NCBI RefSeq assembly: GCF_000372725.1
Contig: NW_005202176.1
Span: 1-38,499, forward strand
Source of the DNA: Emiliania huxleyi CCMP1516
Taxonomy: Eukaryota
Length of the DNA: 38,499 nt
Direction: 5' to 3'
A program made the translations under genes and the position numbers. Below the pieces are notes generated by a model. It had not been told where the DNA came from and did no database searches. It was given only the letters and a program-made list of their open reading frames with translations. Shown here piece after piece: positions 10,220-21,403 of this stretch (positions are counted from its first letter, which is position 1; the number at the start of each line of letters is the position of its first letter).

Positions 10220-12379
10220 ACGTCACTGCATCCTCTGCCGGTTCCTCCCGTCGCCTCTTCTTTGTTCGAATGTTTTTCAATCCATCCTTCACGAAGCCCT
10301 CCCATGTAGCTAGCGTTCTTTGCGAATGTCTCGAGATGGCCAGTGTTCGAAGACGAGCCCCGCGCCACGGGTGCCAGCCGTGCCTCCGCGGGAGTCGCCC
10401 TTCGAGCCGCGTCCCGTCGGCACCGTCCCTGAGTGCGTCTCGCCCCTCTGCGGACACACACTCGACGAGGACAGTCCAGCCGACGGGAACGAGTCGCGGC
10501 TCGCGCGCCGGCGATAGATTTAGTTGCGGCGAGGTGTGTGTGTGTACGAAGCGCCGATGGCACGACCACCGCTCTGCATCAAAGACCGGGCAAGTAGGTG
10601 CCTGTTCATGTTCCGCGAGGAAGAGGAGGTCTCCCCCCCTCCCCCGGCCTGAGCAGCTACGGGTGGAAGGCAGCCCCTTCGAGTCGAGGAGGGTGGACGG
10701 CGCCACCATTGCCGAGCTCCAATGGCTAGAGACCTGGGCGTCTGCTGATGGTCACGCCGCCCCGCTCGTTCAGTGTCGCCCGCCGCCGCGCCGCGCCGCC
10801 GCCCGATGATTAATGATTAATTATTATCATCCGATGATTAATAATTAATAAATAAGTACCACACCACCCAGCTCCACTGTACTGCCGGTCTGCTGCTGCC
10901 CCCGAGTGTATACCGCCGCCTTAATAAGGGTTCGCGCCGTTAGCAACTGCCATGTCGGCTGGTTGTCGGCTGCGGCTCTCGCCCCACTGGAAGCGCGGTC
11001 TAGTGCCGCGGCGCCCAGCCCTCCTGTGGGCCCGCGGCGGCTCGCCGCCGCGGTTCTGCACAATGTGACCGGTCCGGATTCGTCCCGGCGTACCGCCGGT
11101 GCCGCTTCCTCGCCGATTTTTTGCTCAACCACTTAGTCGACAAACTTGTGCCAGAGCTCCTGCTGCTCGGCTGAGCGGCGGAGCCGGCCCCTCGCGGCCG
11201 AGGAGTGATGCGCCAGCACCGGGGCAACAACGCGGGACCGTCTCCGGGCCGTCTCGACACCCTGCGGCTCTTTGACTTCCACCTCGCAGCCCGCTGCGCG
11301 GCTCTTTGAGCGCGAGAGAGGTCGTCTACGAGGCGGCGGCGAGCGCAGGCGGCGCAGGCGGCGGCGGCGCGGCGGCGCGGCGGCGGATCGCGGCGCTGAC
11401 AACGGCAGCAGGCTGCTGCTTGCTGCTGCAGCTGCTGCTGCTGCTGCTGCTGCTCCGCTTCTGCTGATTGTGGGTACGATTCCTCCGATCACCCCGCCCG
11501 CCCGCCCCGCCCCATCCGCCCGTCTCTCCCCGCTTGCCGGCCCGCCCGCCCGCCCGCCCGCCCGACCGACCGACCACCCATTCCCATCACCATCTCACAT
11601 ACCTTCATAAATAGGCGCTCGAGACCTCCTCTCGCTGCCTACTCGCTGCCTCGAGGGAGGGGGGGAAGAGGTCAGGCAGCAATAATTGCGCTTGGCGCGA
11701 GGCCCCTCCCCGACAGGCAAGTATTAGACCCACGAAATCCGAGACACCTCCCCCCCGCCCCGATCCCCCCACCCCCTTGCTCCCCTCCCCCCCTTGGGAG
11801 GGCCGAAGAGAGGCGCCCGTGGGGACCCCGCAATTCCCTTCCCCCCTCGGGAGGGGGCCGGACGAGGCGTACCCCGAGGGCCCTGCTCTTTCCTTCGCAT
11901 AGCGGCCACTCTTCGGATCGCTGGTCGAGCGACCCGGGCGGGGGATGCCCCGCGCGCCTGACCCAGGCGCGAGATACGAACCTGCGAGGCGTGGCCGCTC
12001 ATGCGGCCCGATGGGGAGGAGTGGGGCGGACTACGGGGATCGGCTTCTTACACAGCCCTTCCCTGCAGCGAGCCCCCTCTAACCCACCCGCGCTAGGTCT
12101 CGGGGGACGCAGGGGTCACACCCGACGACCTCGGGAACTAGCCGGGGGCGGGGCAGTCGGAGAAGGGGCAACTCCGTGCACTGGACGGTCGGCCGCCAGA
12201 AAACACGCCTGCGTGGATCGCGTCACACCAATCCTCGCTACCCAACGCGGCCAAAGGATATCCACCTCAGAACCTCGAGATACCCCCCCTCGGAAAGCAA
12301 AGAAAACGTGGCTTGACAAACGCGAAGGCGCGGCCCGTGAGCCGCGCAGCAGTCCAGCTTAACTTCACGGAAGGCCCAC

Positions 12380-13333
12380 ATGCTGCCGCCATCGCTGCTT
12401 GCCGCCTCCGAAGACCTCGTCCGCATCCCTTACGGAGCGGGCAGCTCGTCGAGCGAGGTTGCGACTGTCGATGACGTGATTGCCGGCGCCGCGCTGCTGA
12501 GGCGGGAGGCGTGCGCTCGCGCGGCTGCGCTCCGGTCCGGCTCGGCTTCCGCCGACGAGTCTGAGCAGGAGGCTGAGGAGAGCGAGGATGAGCAGCAGCA
12601 GTGGCTCTCGCTGCGCGTTCGACGCCCGGCGGCGGCGGAGGTGGCGGGTAGCATTGGCGGGAAGCTGTGGGACGCCTCCCTTCTCATGTCGGCGTGGCTG
12701 CTGGAGAACCCGAGCTTGCTGCAGCCGGCGGGCTGCCGCACCCCGCGGGTTCTCGAGATCGGCGCCGGGCTCGGCCTGGTTGGGCTCGCAGTCGCGCGAG
12801 CACTGCCCGACGCCCGCATCACAATGTCCGACTACGACCCGGCTGTGCTGCGGAACCTGGGGGAGTCGATACGGCTCAACTTTGCCGGCGCCGCGCCCGC
12901 CGCGCCCGCCGCCGCGCTGGTCGATTTTCGCGACTTTTGCGAGGCGGACGTGGCCGCCTTGCCCCACCTCCCGCCCGCCAGCCCGCTCTGCCGCTACGAG
13001 GGCCTGCTCGGAAGCTTCGACGTCGTCATCGGCTCCGACATCGTCTACGACCACTCGCACGCGCGGATCGCGGCGCTGCTGCGCGCCATGCTCCGCCCCG
13101 CGGCGAACGGATCCGCCGACTCCCACCCGTGCGCTCTCTTTGTCCTCCCGGACGGGCGGCCGCGGCAGGCCGACTTTGTCGCCAGCCTCGGCGCCGCCGG
13201 CCTCAGGTGCCGGATCGAGCGAGTCGGGAGAGACTGTCTGATGTGCCGCCGGATTGCGCGCGAGCACGAGGGGTGGGGGGCGGACGCGTCGTTCTCCATC
13301 TACAAGGTGCACCGCGCAGCTCAACAGTCCTAG
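12380..13333 (+). CDS. METTL21/Methyltransf_16-family protein-lysine methyltransferase (317 aa)
   Basis: IGGKLWDAS, motif I VLEIGAGLGLVG, ITMSDY and FDVVIGSDIVY (DxxY). Confidence 0.9.
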   Translation: MLPPSLLAASEDLVRIPYGAGSSSSEVATVDDVIAGAALLRREACARAAALRSGSASADESEQEAEESEDEQQQWLSLRVRRPAAAEVAGSIGGKLWDASLLMSAWLLENPSLLQPAGCRTPRVLEIGAGLGLVGLAVARALPDARITMSDYDPAVLRNLGESIRLNFAGAAPAAPAAALVDFRDFCEADVAALPHLPPASPLCRYEGLLGSFDVVIGSDIVYDHSHARIAALLRAMLRPAANGSADSHPCALFVLPDGRPRQADFVASLGAAGLRCRIERVGRDCLMCRRIAREHEGWGADASFSIYKVHRAAQQS

Positions 13334-13577
13334 CCGAGCGCACACGATATAGCTCCGGCGCAGGGGGGTGCGAGGAGCTGCGTGAGCGTGCGAGGCTGTG
13401 AGCTTGAGGCCGTAAATAAATAAATAAAAACGAAACCCTCTCTGAGATGGGTAAAAAGCTCTTGAGGCCGTGGAGCGGAGGGAATCTCGCCGCATTCTTA
13501 CACACATTAATCATTATTCACATATACAGCAGAGGATAGAAATCAGTCACGCGCGCGCCATCTCGGTTTACCGAACC

Positions 13578-13755
13578 CTGAGGGAGGGTGTAGAGGATGT
13601 AGAGTGTAGAGCGCTGTAGAGCTGTAGAGATGTAGAGCGCTCTGGAGCGCTGTAGAGCTGTAGAGCTCTACATCGGCTGCGTGACGAACTGCCTCCGTTG
13701 TAGAGCGATGTAGAGCGCGATTTTGTTGTAGAGTTTGTTGTAGAGGCTCTACAGC
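13578..13755 (+). repeat. Transposon-end-like sequence starting CTGAGGGAGGGTGTAGAG (inverted partner of 4661-4840)
   Basis: Reverse-complement match to 4699-4840, with TGTAGAG sub-repeats. Confidence 0.75.
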
Positions 13756-14043
13756 CAAACCGCCGGGAGGCTGGTTGCAGGGTCAGGGCGGGGTGGCCAT
13801 GTCCCTAGTGCCTTTTTGAGCCTGCCGCGGCGAGCGGCCGGGGGGGCGGGGGCAGAGCCCCCGCGAAGCGATTTTTGACGAATTTGAGCCATTTTGGGTC
13901 ATTTTCTAAGAGGATTTTGACACTTTGAGGAGAGCGGAAGTCAGTAACATCGCACGCAGTTCACGCCCTGGTACATAGTTCAACAACATTTAACCCGTAC
14001 ACATCAAGTACTGTACTCATGCGCAACATATATCAAGACACGC

Positions 14044-14916
14044 TCACCAGCAGCGCCCTCGGATAGCATCGTCTATCGCGGGCTCCATCGCGTACTCTTT
14101 GGGTGGCGGCGGCGGCGGTGGCAACGCCCCTGGTAGCGCCGTCACCTTAGCCTTTGGTGCCCTCTTTGAGCGGCGCAGTTCTGATTGCAGCGGTGGGAGC
14201 TCACCCGTAGGGGTCATCGTAAAGTTGACGCCACGCAGCTCCGTCGCGTTGATGATGAAGCTGTCCCGGCCGTCGGGTGGTGCCCACTCCTCAAAGGTGT
14301 CCGCGTCCTTGCCCCTCGGCAGCTTCTGTTTCGGCCGAGCCGGCATGCCGGAGAGCCGCACCCGCCGCAGTTTCCACCATATGCCCTCCTCGTGCCGCCA
14401 CTGCTCTACCGTCCCGTACTTGGCGTACGGCCGCGTACGCCACTCGGGCTCCTTGGGCGCTGGCGTCGGCTGCGCCTCGACCTTCTGCTGCTTGCGGTGG
14501 CGCGCGAGCGCCTGCTTGGCCTCCTCGTGCGCGAGCCACGCCGCCTCCCGCGCCGCCAACGGCTCGCGCACCGCCTCGGCATACGCGAGCGAGGCCTGCT
14601 CCTCGGCTCGCGTGGCGGCTTGCTCGGCGCTCACGGCGCGCACCTCGGCGGCGCGCAGCGCTGCCTGCAGCTGCTGCGTCGCGCCGAGCATCGTGAAGGC
14701 ATTCTTCGGCAGCTCTGTGGATGACGAGGCTTCGGCAGCGCGCCGCTCCTTCATTCGCTGCTCGGCGGCGTCGACGACGGCATCACCGAGCTCGACGCGC
14801 ACGCGCCGCTTGGCCTCGAGGGCGCAAGCAAGCTTGTTTGGCCGGTCGCCGCTGCACGGAATGCGCCTCCTGGCCTTGCTGCCGCCGGACTGAGCCACGT
14901 AGTACGTGACGGTCAT
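14044..14916 (-). CDS. Hypothetical coiled-coil protein, probably repeat-borne (290 aa from MTVTYY)
   Basis: Open frame with natural-looking composition, lying between two repeat-rich end-like sequences. No family motif recognised. Confidence 0.4.
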   Translation of the reverse strand: MTVTYYVAQSGGSKARRRIPCSGDRPNKLACALEAKRRVRVELGDAVVDAAEQRMKERRAAEASSSTELPKNAFTMLGATQQLQAALRAAEVRAVSAEQAATRAEEQASLAYAEAVREPLAAREAAWLAHEEAKQALARHRKQQKVEAQPTPAPKEPEWRTRPYAKYGTVEQWRHEEGIWWKLRRVRLSGMPARPKQKLPRGKDADTFEEWAPPDGRDSFIINATELRGVNFTMTPTGELPPLQSELRRSKRAPKAKVTALPGALPPPPPPPKEYAMEPAIDDAIRGRCW

Positions 14917-15220
14917 GTTGTTCAAAATGGGGCCGTCATGCTGTCGATGGCGTTGGAGACGCCCTCTACATCGTTGAGAAGGGCAAGCTGCTCCACAAGG
15001 GTCGTCTCGTTGGGCTCCATAGTGACCCCACGTGGATCGCGTTCGAGCGAAACGGTGCAATAATGTGATCACAGCTCAGCGGCGGTGTGCGACCAGGGCC
15101 AGTGGTAGACTTTCGACGCGGTGAGGCTGCTCTCTGAGCAATGACACTAGCAAGAGCATCATGTGTGTCATCGGAGTCACTTGTATTACGATACCACCAC
15201 GCCGCCACGCTCGCAAGGGC

Positions 15221-15287
15221 CGCCTAAGCGCCTAAGCACCCTAAGCAGTAAGCACCCCCCCGCTTAGGCCGCTTAGGCGCTTAGGCG
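15221..15287. repeat. Palindromic cluster of CCTAAGC/GCTTAGG repeats
   Basis: CGCCTAAGCGCCTAAGC (15221-15237) is exactly inverted at 15271-15287. Confidence 0.8.
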
Positions 15288-15623
15288 AGTGACGGCCGGC
15301 TGCCCGGGGCCTGGCGTGCCTCCGCCGTGGGCTGAGCGCCCGGGAGAGCCACTCTGCAAGTGGTGTGCGAGCGTGTAGCCTTTAGCGTGCAGTCGGCCCC
15401 AAACTGTCACTCCCCTTTCTCCCGGCCGGGGTGGGGCGCGCGCGGGGGCGGCGGGTGTGCGGGATGTCTGTGGGCCCGAGAGCGATGTGTGTGTGTCCGC
15501 CTTGCGTTTGTTTTTCATAACATCGAAGGCCAAGCTCAAAAGAAAAGAAAAACTCGAAAAAAAACCAGCGGAAGTGCCCTCCGGAGGGAGACGCCTTGCC
15601 GTGTCCTTCGCAGAGCTTGCAAG

Positions 15624-18600
15624 ATGCCCACCGACTCTGACCTTCTCGACACGCCGGAAGCGCGTTCGCTCCTCTCTGCCGGCGTTCCTGCGGCCGAGGT
15701 CCTGGCCGGCCTCAAGCAGCAGACGGCGGAGGCGGCTCCGACTCTCCTCCGGCGACGCTCATCCAACCTCGGTGAGGCGCCGTTGCCGGCTGGCTGGGAG
15801 GAGCGTTTCGACCCTGCAACCGGCCGCAGGTACTACGTCGATTTCAACACCCAGAGCACCTCGTGGACGCGTCCAAATGAGGCCGCGTCGTCGGGCAAGA
15901 AGACTCCAAAGGAGATGTCGGCTGGGCTTGTACCGTCCGGCCGCAGCGGCAGCTTTAGAAGCAGCAACCGTGGATCAGCCCGGCAAGAAGCTCGAGGCGG
16001 CCTGGACCCCGACGCGGCAGCGGCACTCGCTGTCGCCGAGGCGGCCGAGGCTGCCGAGGCGGCGAGTCGCGGCCCGACTCCGACAAAGAAGGGCAAGGGC
16101 GCCGTACACAAGATGAACAAGGAGCTCCGCAAGCTCGGTGTCTTTGGTGCCGCGCAGGGGGGTGACAGCGGCAGCCGTGCCTCCCCTTCCCCCTCACCCT
16201 CTCCCTCCATCTCGCCACCGCCGCCCACCGGCTCGCCGGTCCGCAACTTCCCCTCGGCGGCCGCGGCCCTGGCCACCGACAAGTCGTCCCCGCAAGGCAT
16301 GCTCGCGCTCCTGCGCAACGAGCGGACTCCGCCGGCGGAGCGCGAGGAGGTCGCGCAGGGGCTGCGCGCCTACTGTGCCACGGCGCCCGCCTCAGACCCA
16401 ACCCCGCTGAGGCTGCTCGACGCGCTTGGGAGCTCGTCGCAGCCGCGGGTGCAGCAGCCGCTGTGCGACGCCCTCGCCTCGGCTGGGGAGGCGCATCACG
16501 CGCCCCTGCTCGAGTCTGGGGCCGTGCTCTACGCCGCGCCGCTGCTCTCATCGCCGATCGAGGGCGTCCAGCGCGCCGCCCTTCGCCTCCTCCTCGCGCT
16601 CTGCAGCGGCGACTGCGCGGCGCAGGTGGCCGGCGTGGGCGCCGCGCCCACGCTGCTCGGCTTGCTCTCATCAGCAGCGCCCGCCGAGAGCCGCTCTATC
16701 GCGCTCAGGCTCATCTCGGAGCTCCTCTCCTCTGCCCAAGGCGCCCGCGCGCTGCTCGCCGCTGGCGCCGCCGAGACGCTCTGTGTGGCCCTCATCCACG
16801 CCTCTGGCGTCGCAAAGGGGTGGGGCGGCGGCGACGCGGCTCGCGGCAAGGAGGAGGCGCGCCTGACCATCGACTGCCTCTGCTCGGTCAACTCGACCGA
16901 CCCCGCGGCGGTGCAGCGCGCCGTGCGAAACACATCGGCGATGCCGTCCATCGTGGCGCTCACCGGCACCGACGACGAGCGCGCCCGCTCCAGCGCGATG
17001 ATGCTGCTCTCGTCGCTCGCCCCGCAGAACGCGGGCGAGGTGGTCGCCTCCGGCGGCATCGCGATGCTGTGCGAGACGCTCAGCCGCGGCGCGACCGACC
17101 AGACGCTCCACACGCTTGCTCAGCTGTCGCAGTCGGCGGTGCACGCCGTGGCGATCGCGCAGCAGCCGGGCGCGCTCGCGACGCTCTGCAGCCTGGTGGG
17201 CCAGCCGCACGTCCGCGAGCTCGCCATCTCGGTCCTCTCCAACCTCTGCGCGCTCGGAGCGCTTCCCACCGACGCGCTCGCCGGGCCCGACGACCTCCAC
17301 CGGCTCGTCGCGCCGCTGCTGCAGGGAGGGCTCCCGCCATCGCAGCGCGCCGGCCTCCTCTCCCTCCTGTCACGCGCCGCTCTGGAGGGGCCTGGCCGCC
17401 AGGCACTCGCCGCAGTCGGAGCGCCGCCGCTGCTCGTGGCGGCCGCCGACAGCGGCGACGCCAACGAGGCGGTGCACGGGCTGCAGGCGCTCGCCCATCT
17501 GGCGGCCGACGAGCGGTTCCGCTCACAGCTGTCTGGCTGGGGAGCACTGCGGCCGCTCTGCCACTCGCTCGACCCTGCCCGCGCGTTGGACCCGCGGGCG
17601 CGCGCCGTCGCCCTCTCCGCCGTCGCGAACGTCTCCTTTGTGGAGCCGGCGGCTCTGCTGGAGGCGGGCGCGGCGCCAAGGCTCTGCGCTCTCCTCGGCG
17701 AGAGCGAGCCGCACCTCCTCCGCATGGCGCTCACGGCCATCGTCAACCTCTCGGCCGACCCCGCCGCTGTGCCGCACCACTGCATCGCCGACATGCTCGC
17801 CGCTGGCGCTCCCGCCGCCGCGGTCCGCCTCCTCGACTATTTCGACCTCGAGATCCGCACCGCCGCGGCGGGCGCCGTCGCAGCCCTGGCGAGGCTGCCC
17901 CTGTTTGCCGAGGGCCTCGCGGCAGCCGGCGGCGGCGCCAGCCTCGCCCGGCTCCTCGGGCAGACCGCCCTGGCCGACGAGCCTCGCGTCCACGCCATCG
18001 CGAGCGCGATGACGCCGCTCCTCGTCGACGAGGCGTCGCGCGGCGCGGCTCGGGCGGCCGGCGGCGTCGCGGCGCTGAGCGGCGCCCTCCAGGCGATCGG
18101 CAGCTCGGACACGCGCCTGGCTCTCTTGGTGGCGCTCGACGCCCTCGTCGGCGGTGACTGGGGTCTCGCTTACACCGAGGCTGGCTGGGCACCGCTGATC
18201 GGCGCGCTGTCACAGTCGTCCAAGGCGATCGTCCTCGCCGCCGCGCGCGCCGCCGCCGCCACGCTAGAGACTCCTGGCGGTCGCGACTCGCTTGCGAACG
18301 GACGCGATTTGCTCCTGGTTTGCGCGACGCTCTGGGCGCTCTCGCGCGAGCACGCCAGCCTCGCTGCGGGCGCCTCAGCCGCCCACGTCGCCCTCCTCCG
18401 CCGCCCGGCCGGCTTGGAGGCCGATGGGGAGGGCGGCCTCCTCGCGCCCGCCCTCGCGCTGCTCGTCGAGGTGGCGGACGAGCCGCGCTTCGCAGGCCGC
18501 CTCGCCGCCGCCGGAGCGCTGCCGGCGCTGTTGCCGCTCCTCCAAGGCGAGCACGAGCACGCGCTGGTCGTGGCGCGCAGCCTCTCGCCCCTCCTCAAGG

Positions 18601-19031
18601 ACGACGCCGCGCGCGAGGCGGCTTGCACCACGGCCAACGTCCGCGCCGTCGCCGCGGCGCTCCTCGCCGCCGAGCGGGAGGAGGCGCGCCTCGCTCTCTC
18701 GCTCGCCCTCGTTGAGCTTGTCGATGGCGACTTTGGCCGAGTGCACGCCGCGGGCGGCTGGCCGGCTGTCGTCGCCGCCCTCGCCGCCGCCGCGAGCACG
18801 GCGTCGCCTCAAATGGCAAGCCTCGCCTCGGGCGCCTTCGAGCCGCTGGTGTCGTTCCTGCCGGCCGAGGCGTCCGCACTCTCCAAGGCACCCACGCAGC
18901 CAGCGTCGCCCTCGGCTCTGGTCGACGCGCTCGCGCTCCACGAGGCGGCGACGGCGCAGCTGCTGCCAGAGCCGCTCAAGCCGGTGGCGCGCGAGAGCCC
19001 AGGCGGCATGATGGCCGCCGACCTCGACTAG
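15624..19031 (+). CDS. WW-domain + armadillo-repeat protein (~1135 aa, intronless)
   Basis: WW domain LPAGWEERFDPATGRRYYVDFNTQSTSWTRP, followed by many ~42-aa Leu/Ala-rich ARM-like repeats (GGIAMLCETL, GAAPRLCALL, ALTAIVNLS). First ATG at 15624. Confidence 0.85.
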   Translation: MPTDSDLLDTPEARSLLSAGVPAAEVLAGLKQQTAEAAPTLLRRRSSNLGEAPLPAGWEERFDPATGRRYYVDFNTQSTSWTRPNEAASSGKKTPKEMSAGLVPSGRSGSFRSSNRGSARQEARGGLDPDAAAALAVAEAAEAAEAASRGPTPTKKGKGAVHKMNKELRKLGVFGAAQGGDSGSRASPSPSPSPSISPPPPTGSPVRNFPSAAAALATDKSSPQGMLALLRNERTPPAEREEVAQGLRAYCATAPASDPTPLRLLDALGSSSQPRVQQPLCDALASAGEAHHAPLLESGAVLYAAPLLSSPIEGVQRAALRLLLALCSGDCAAQVAGVGAAPTLLGLLSSAAPAESRSIALRLISELLSSAQGARALLAAGAAETLCVALIHASGVAKGWGGGDAARGKEEARLTIDCLCSVNSTDPAAVQRAVRNTSAMPSIVALTGTDDERARSSAMMLLSSLAPQNAGEVVASGGIAMLCETLSRGATDQTLHTLAQLSQSAVHAVAIAQQPGALATLCSLVGQPHVRELAISVLSNLCALGALPTDALAGPDDLHRLVAPLLQGGLPPSQRAGLLSLLSRAALEGPGRQALAAVGAPPLLVAAADSGDANEAVHGLQALAHLAADERFRSQLSGWGALRPLCHSLDPARALDPRARAVALSAVANVSFVEPAALLEAGAAPRLCALLGESEPHLLRMALTAIVNLSADPAAVPHHCIADMLAAGAPAAAVRLLDYFDLEIRTAAAGAVAALARLPLFAEGLAAAGGGASLARLLGQTALADEPRVHAIASAMTPLLVDEASRGAARAAGGVAALSGALQAIGSSDTRLALLVALDALVGGDWGLAYTEAGWAPLIGALSQSSKAIVLAAARAAAATLETPGGRDSLANGRDLLLVCATLWALSREHASLAAGASAAHVALLRRPAGLEADGEGGLLAPALALLVEVADEPRFAGRLAAAGALPALLPLLQGEHEHALVVARSLSPLLKDDAAREAACTTANVRAVAAALLAAEREEARLALSLALVELVDGDFGRVHAAGGWPAVVAALAAAASTASPQMASLASGAFEPLVSFLPAEASALSKAPTQPASPSALVDALALHEAATAQLLPEPLKPVARESPGGMMAADLD

Positions 19032-19408
19032 GCCTCCTCACCACCTCCTCCACCTGGCAGCTAGAGCTACCCCCTGCTGGCCAAGGCGACGCGCGTGCGG
19101 CGCTCCGTTTGTGCACTATGTTCAGTATGCGCGCGCATGCGCCTCACATTGCGGTGCACACTGCACTCCTTCTCCTGTCCCGCCCCTCGAAGGTGATCTG
19201 CCCTCTCATCTTTCATGACACACACGAGTCACAGCTCACGCCCCCCAGGCCCAGCCCCCCACACGGCGCCATATACGATATATAGAGCTCACACCCCTCT
19301 AGCTGCATGCGCTCTGGAGACGAGCTCGTGCAGCTGCCAGCTCTGGTCACTGTGATCATTTTTTATTTTGCCTAAAATGAAAACACGCAACACACCTTAG
19401 TAATACGC

Positions 19409-20688
19409 TCACACCCTTTCAAGTGTGAACGGCACCGGCGTGACGAGGTTCGTGATCGGGATTTTGCCCGGAGTTGTCTTTGTCGGGAGGGCGAGGATGC
19501 GCTCGAGCGCTGCTATGTCCTCGGTGACGGCGTCGGCAAAGACCGTGTGCCCTCGCCCCCACTCTGGATGATCGGCGAGCGCGATGAAGAAGGCGGGCCC
19601 ACTCCCACCGCCAGCCCACGCCGCCATGCCGCGCCGCACCACCGGGTTGTCCTCGCGCGGCACGCGAGGAGGCTCCGCCGCGCCTCGCGCCGAGAGCCCG
19701 CCCTGCACCAGCGCGTACGGCGGGCCCCACCGGCCGCCCTCGTACGTGTCTGGCCAGTCGGGGCTGCCCCAGTGCGGAGGGACCGCCTCGGCACGGTAAA
19801 AGGTGCACCCGTGGCAGTCGGCATGCTGATCGACCAGCGCCTGCAGGCGGGCGGCGGACGGGCGGTCACGACCGGCGCAAGCACTTGCAACGTTGCACAG
19901 CCGTTGACGTGTGCCTGGACCCACTCCTTGGCCTTTGGCGAACCGTCCCGCAGCCGCAGCCGCACGCTCCCCAGCCCGTCCGCGAGCCGGAGCAGCAAGT
20001 GCGCCTCCGAGGCAGGGACGGCGCGGCCTATACCGCGCAGAGAGCCTCACAGTCTCAGCCGGCGCTGCGCCCTGCAGGCGACGGCGCCGCTCGAGATCTC
20101 ACTCGGAGTGGCGCCGGCCGGAGGCGGAGGCAGCCGCGTCCCCGACGTCCACCGGTCGGAGCGGCCTCGGACGAGGTCGACGTCGCTGAACGGGTCGGCG
20201 AGGGCCTTGAGCCAGCACTCTCCCGCCTGCGCCCCGCAAGCCGGTCCGGCGCAGTAGACCCAGACGGAGCAGCGGTCCTCTGCGAGGCAGGCGGTGCAGC
20301 AGGCCGCGGCGGAGGAGACCTTGTGATCGGCGCCCCAGCGGACCACGTCGCCGGACAGCTCGGTTCGCTCCATCACGTGGCAACGATCGGGAGGAGGCGG
20401 CAGCGGCGGAGGCGGCGGCGGTGGCGGAGGTGGAGGAGGTGACGGCAGTGGCGGTGGTGATGGCAATGGCGATTCATCGGCGGCGTCGGAGTCTCTCGAC
20501 AAGACCTCGCCGACCTCGTCCACATCGCGGAGCCAGCGGCCAAACCGCTCGGGAGGACGAAGGTCCGGCTCGACCGGCTGCGGGCCCATGACGAGCATGA
20601 GGCCACCGCACGCCGCGAGGAGGGTGGCGAGGATGGACGTGGTCGGGCAGCGGCCGGATCGGGCGCGTCGGGCCGAGGTTGGGAGCAT
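19409..20688 (-). CDS. Membrane-anchored PAN/apple-domain + cyclophilin-like protein, 3 exons (20103-20688, ~19915-20027, 19409-19840)
   Basis: N-terminal TM segment and Pro-rich linker. Apple-type Cys pattern (CCTACLAEDRCSVWVYC...ECWLK). Cyclophilin-like C-terminus (FYRAE, RGMAAWAGGGSGPAFFIALADHPEWGRGHTVF). In-frame splices A|GT..AG|GC and CAG|GC..CAG|GCG. Confidence 0.8.
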
Positions 20689-21403
20689 GGGGATCAGTGG
20701 ACAGCACTGAGTTCAGGGTCGCGTGAGTCGCCGAGCCAGCGCGAGGGGATTTTTTTCTTTTAATCAGTTCCGGAACCATTGCCTGTCTGCTGTATGTCGT
20801 TAAAGGCCAAGGTGGGCCCTATTGAAATGACCCCGATTTTGAGGGGTGTCGGACAAGCTAAGCTCAAGCGCGCTGTCGCTGCCCGAGTTGTGGTCACGTC
20901 CCCGAAATCTTCGCCGGCCCCGCCAGCTTGACCGACTGGACCGCGGAGAGGCTGGGCTTGGCCGGCGGCGCGACGCGTGGCCTCTGCTGCGGCCATCTCG
21001 GACGCTCAAGCGGCGCCAGCCAGCGGCTCGGCCGCGCATCCTTCACACACGCCGCCACGACCAAGCTGAGCGGGCCCGGTGTCGAGTCATGGTGCGAGAT
21101 GCATGTCAGGGGCGGCTGTGGCCACAGCAGGTCCACCAGACGGGCGTCAAAGCTTGCCGTCGGCGTGCTGTCGTGGCGAGAGCCGAGACCGCTGCAGAGG
21201 AGCCGAGTGCAGTGGCGAGCCAGAGGCTACCAGGGTCACCAGGTGGTAGCCCTTGCCCATTCTGAGCAGGGATGTGCTTTGATGGGGTTGTGCTTGAGCG
21301 TGTGTGAAGTGGGAGTGCGTGCCGGCGGTGTCTGTGGCTGAAACGGGCGTGTGTGAGGCTGCAGAGCCGTGGTATGAGCCAGAGTGAGCTTCATCACCCA
21401 AGA

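Noticed and set aside
15360..15623. N-terminal extension of the 1223-aa ORF
   Set aside because: It starts at GTG and crosses an A-rich leader; the first ATG at 15624 is the likely start.
16463..18157. Long Arg/Pro/Ala-rich alternative-frame and antisense ORFs here and throughout the window
   Set aside because: These are shadow ORFs caused by very high GC content overlapping real genes.
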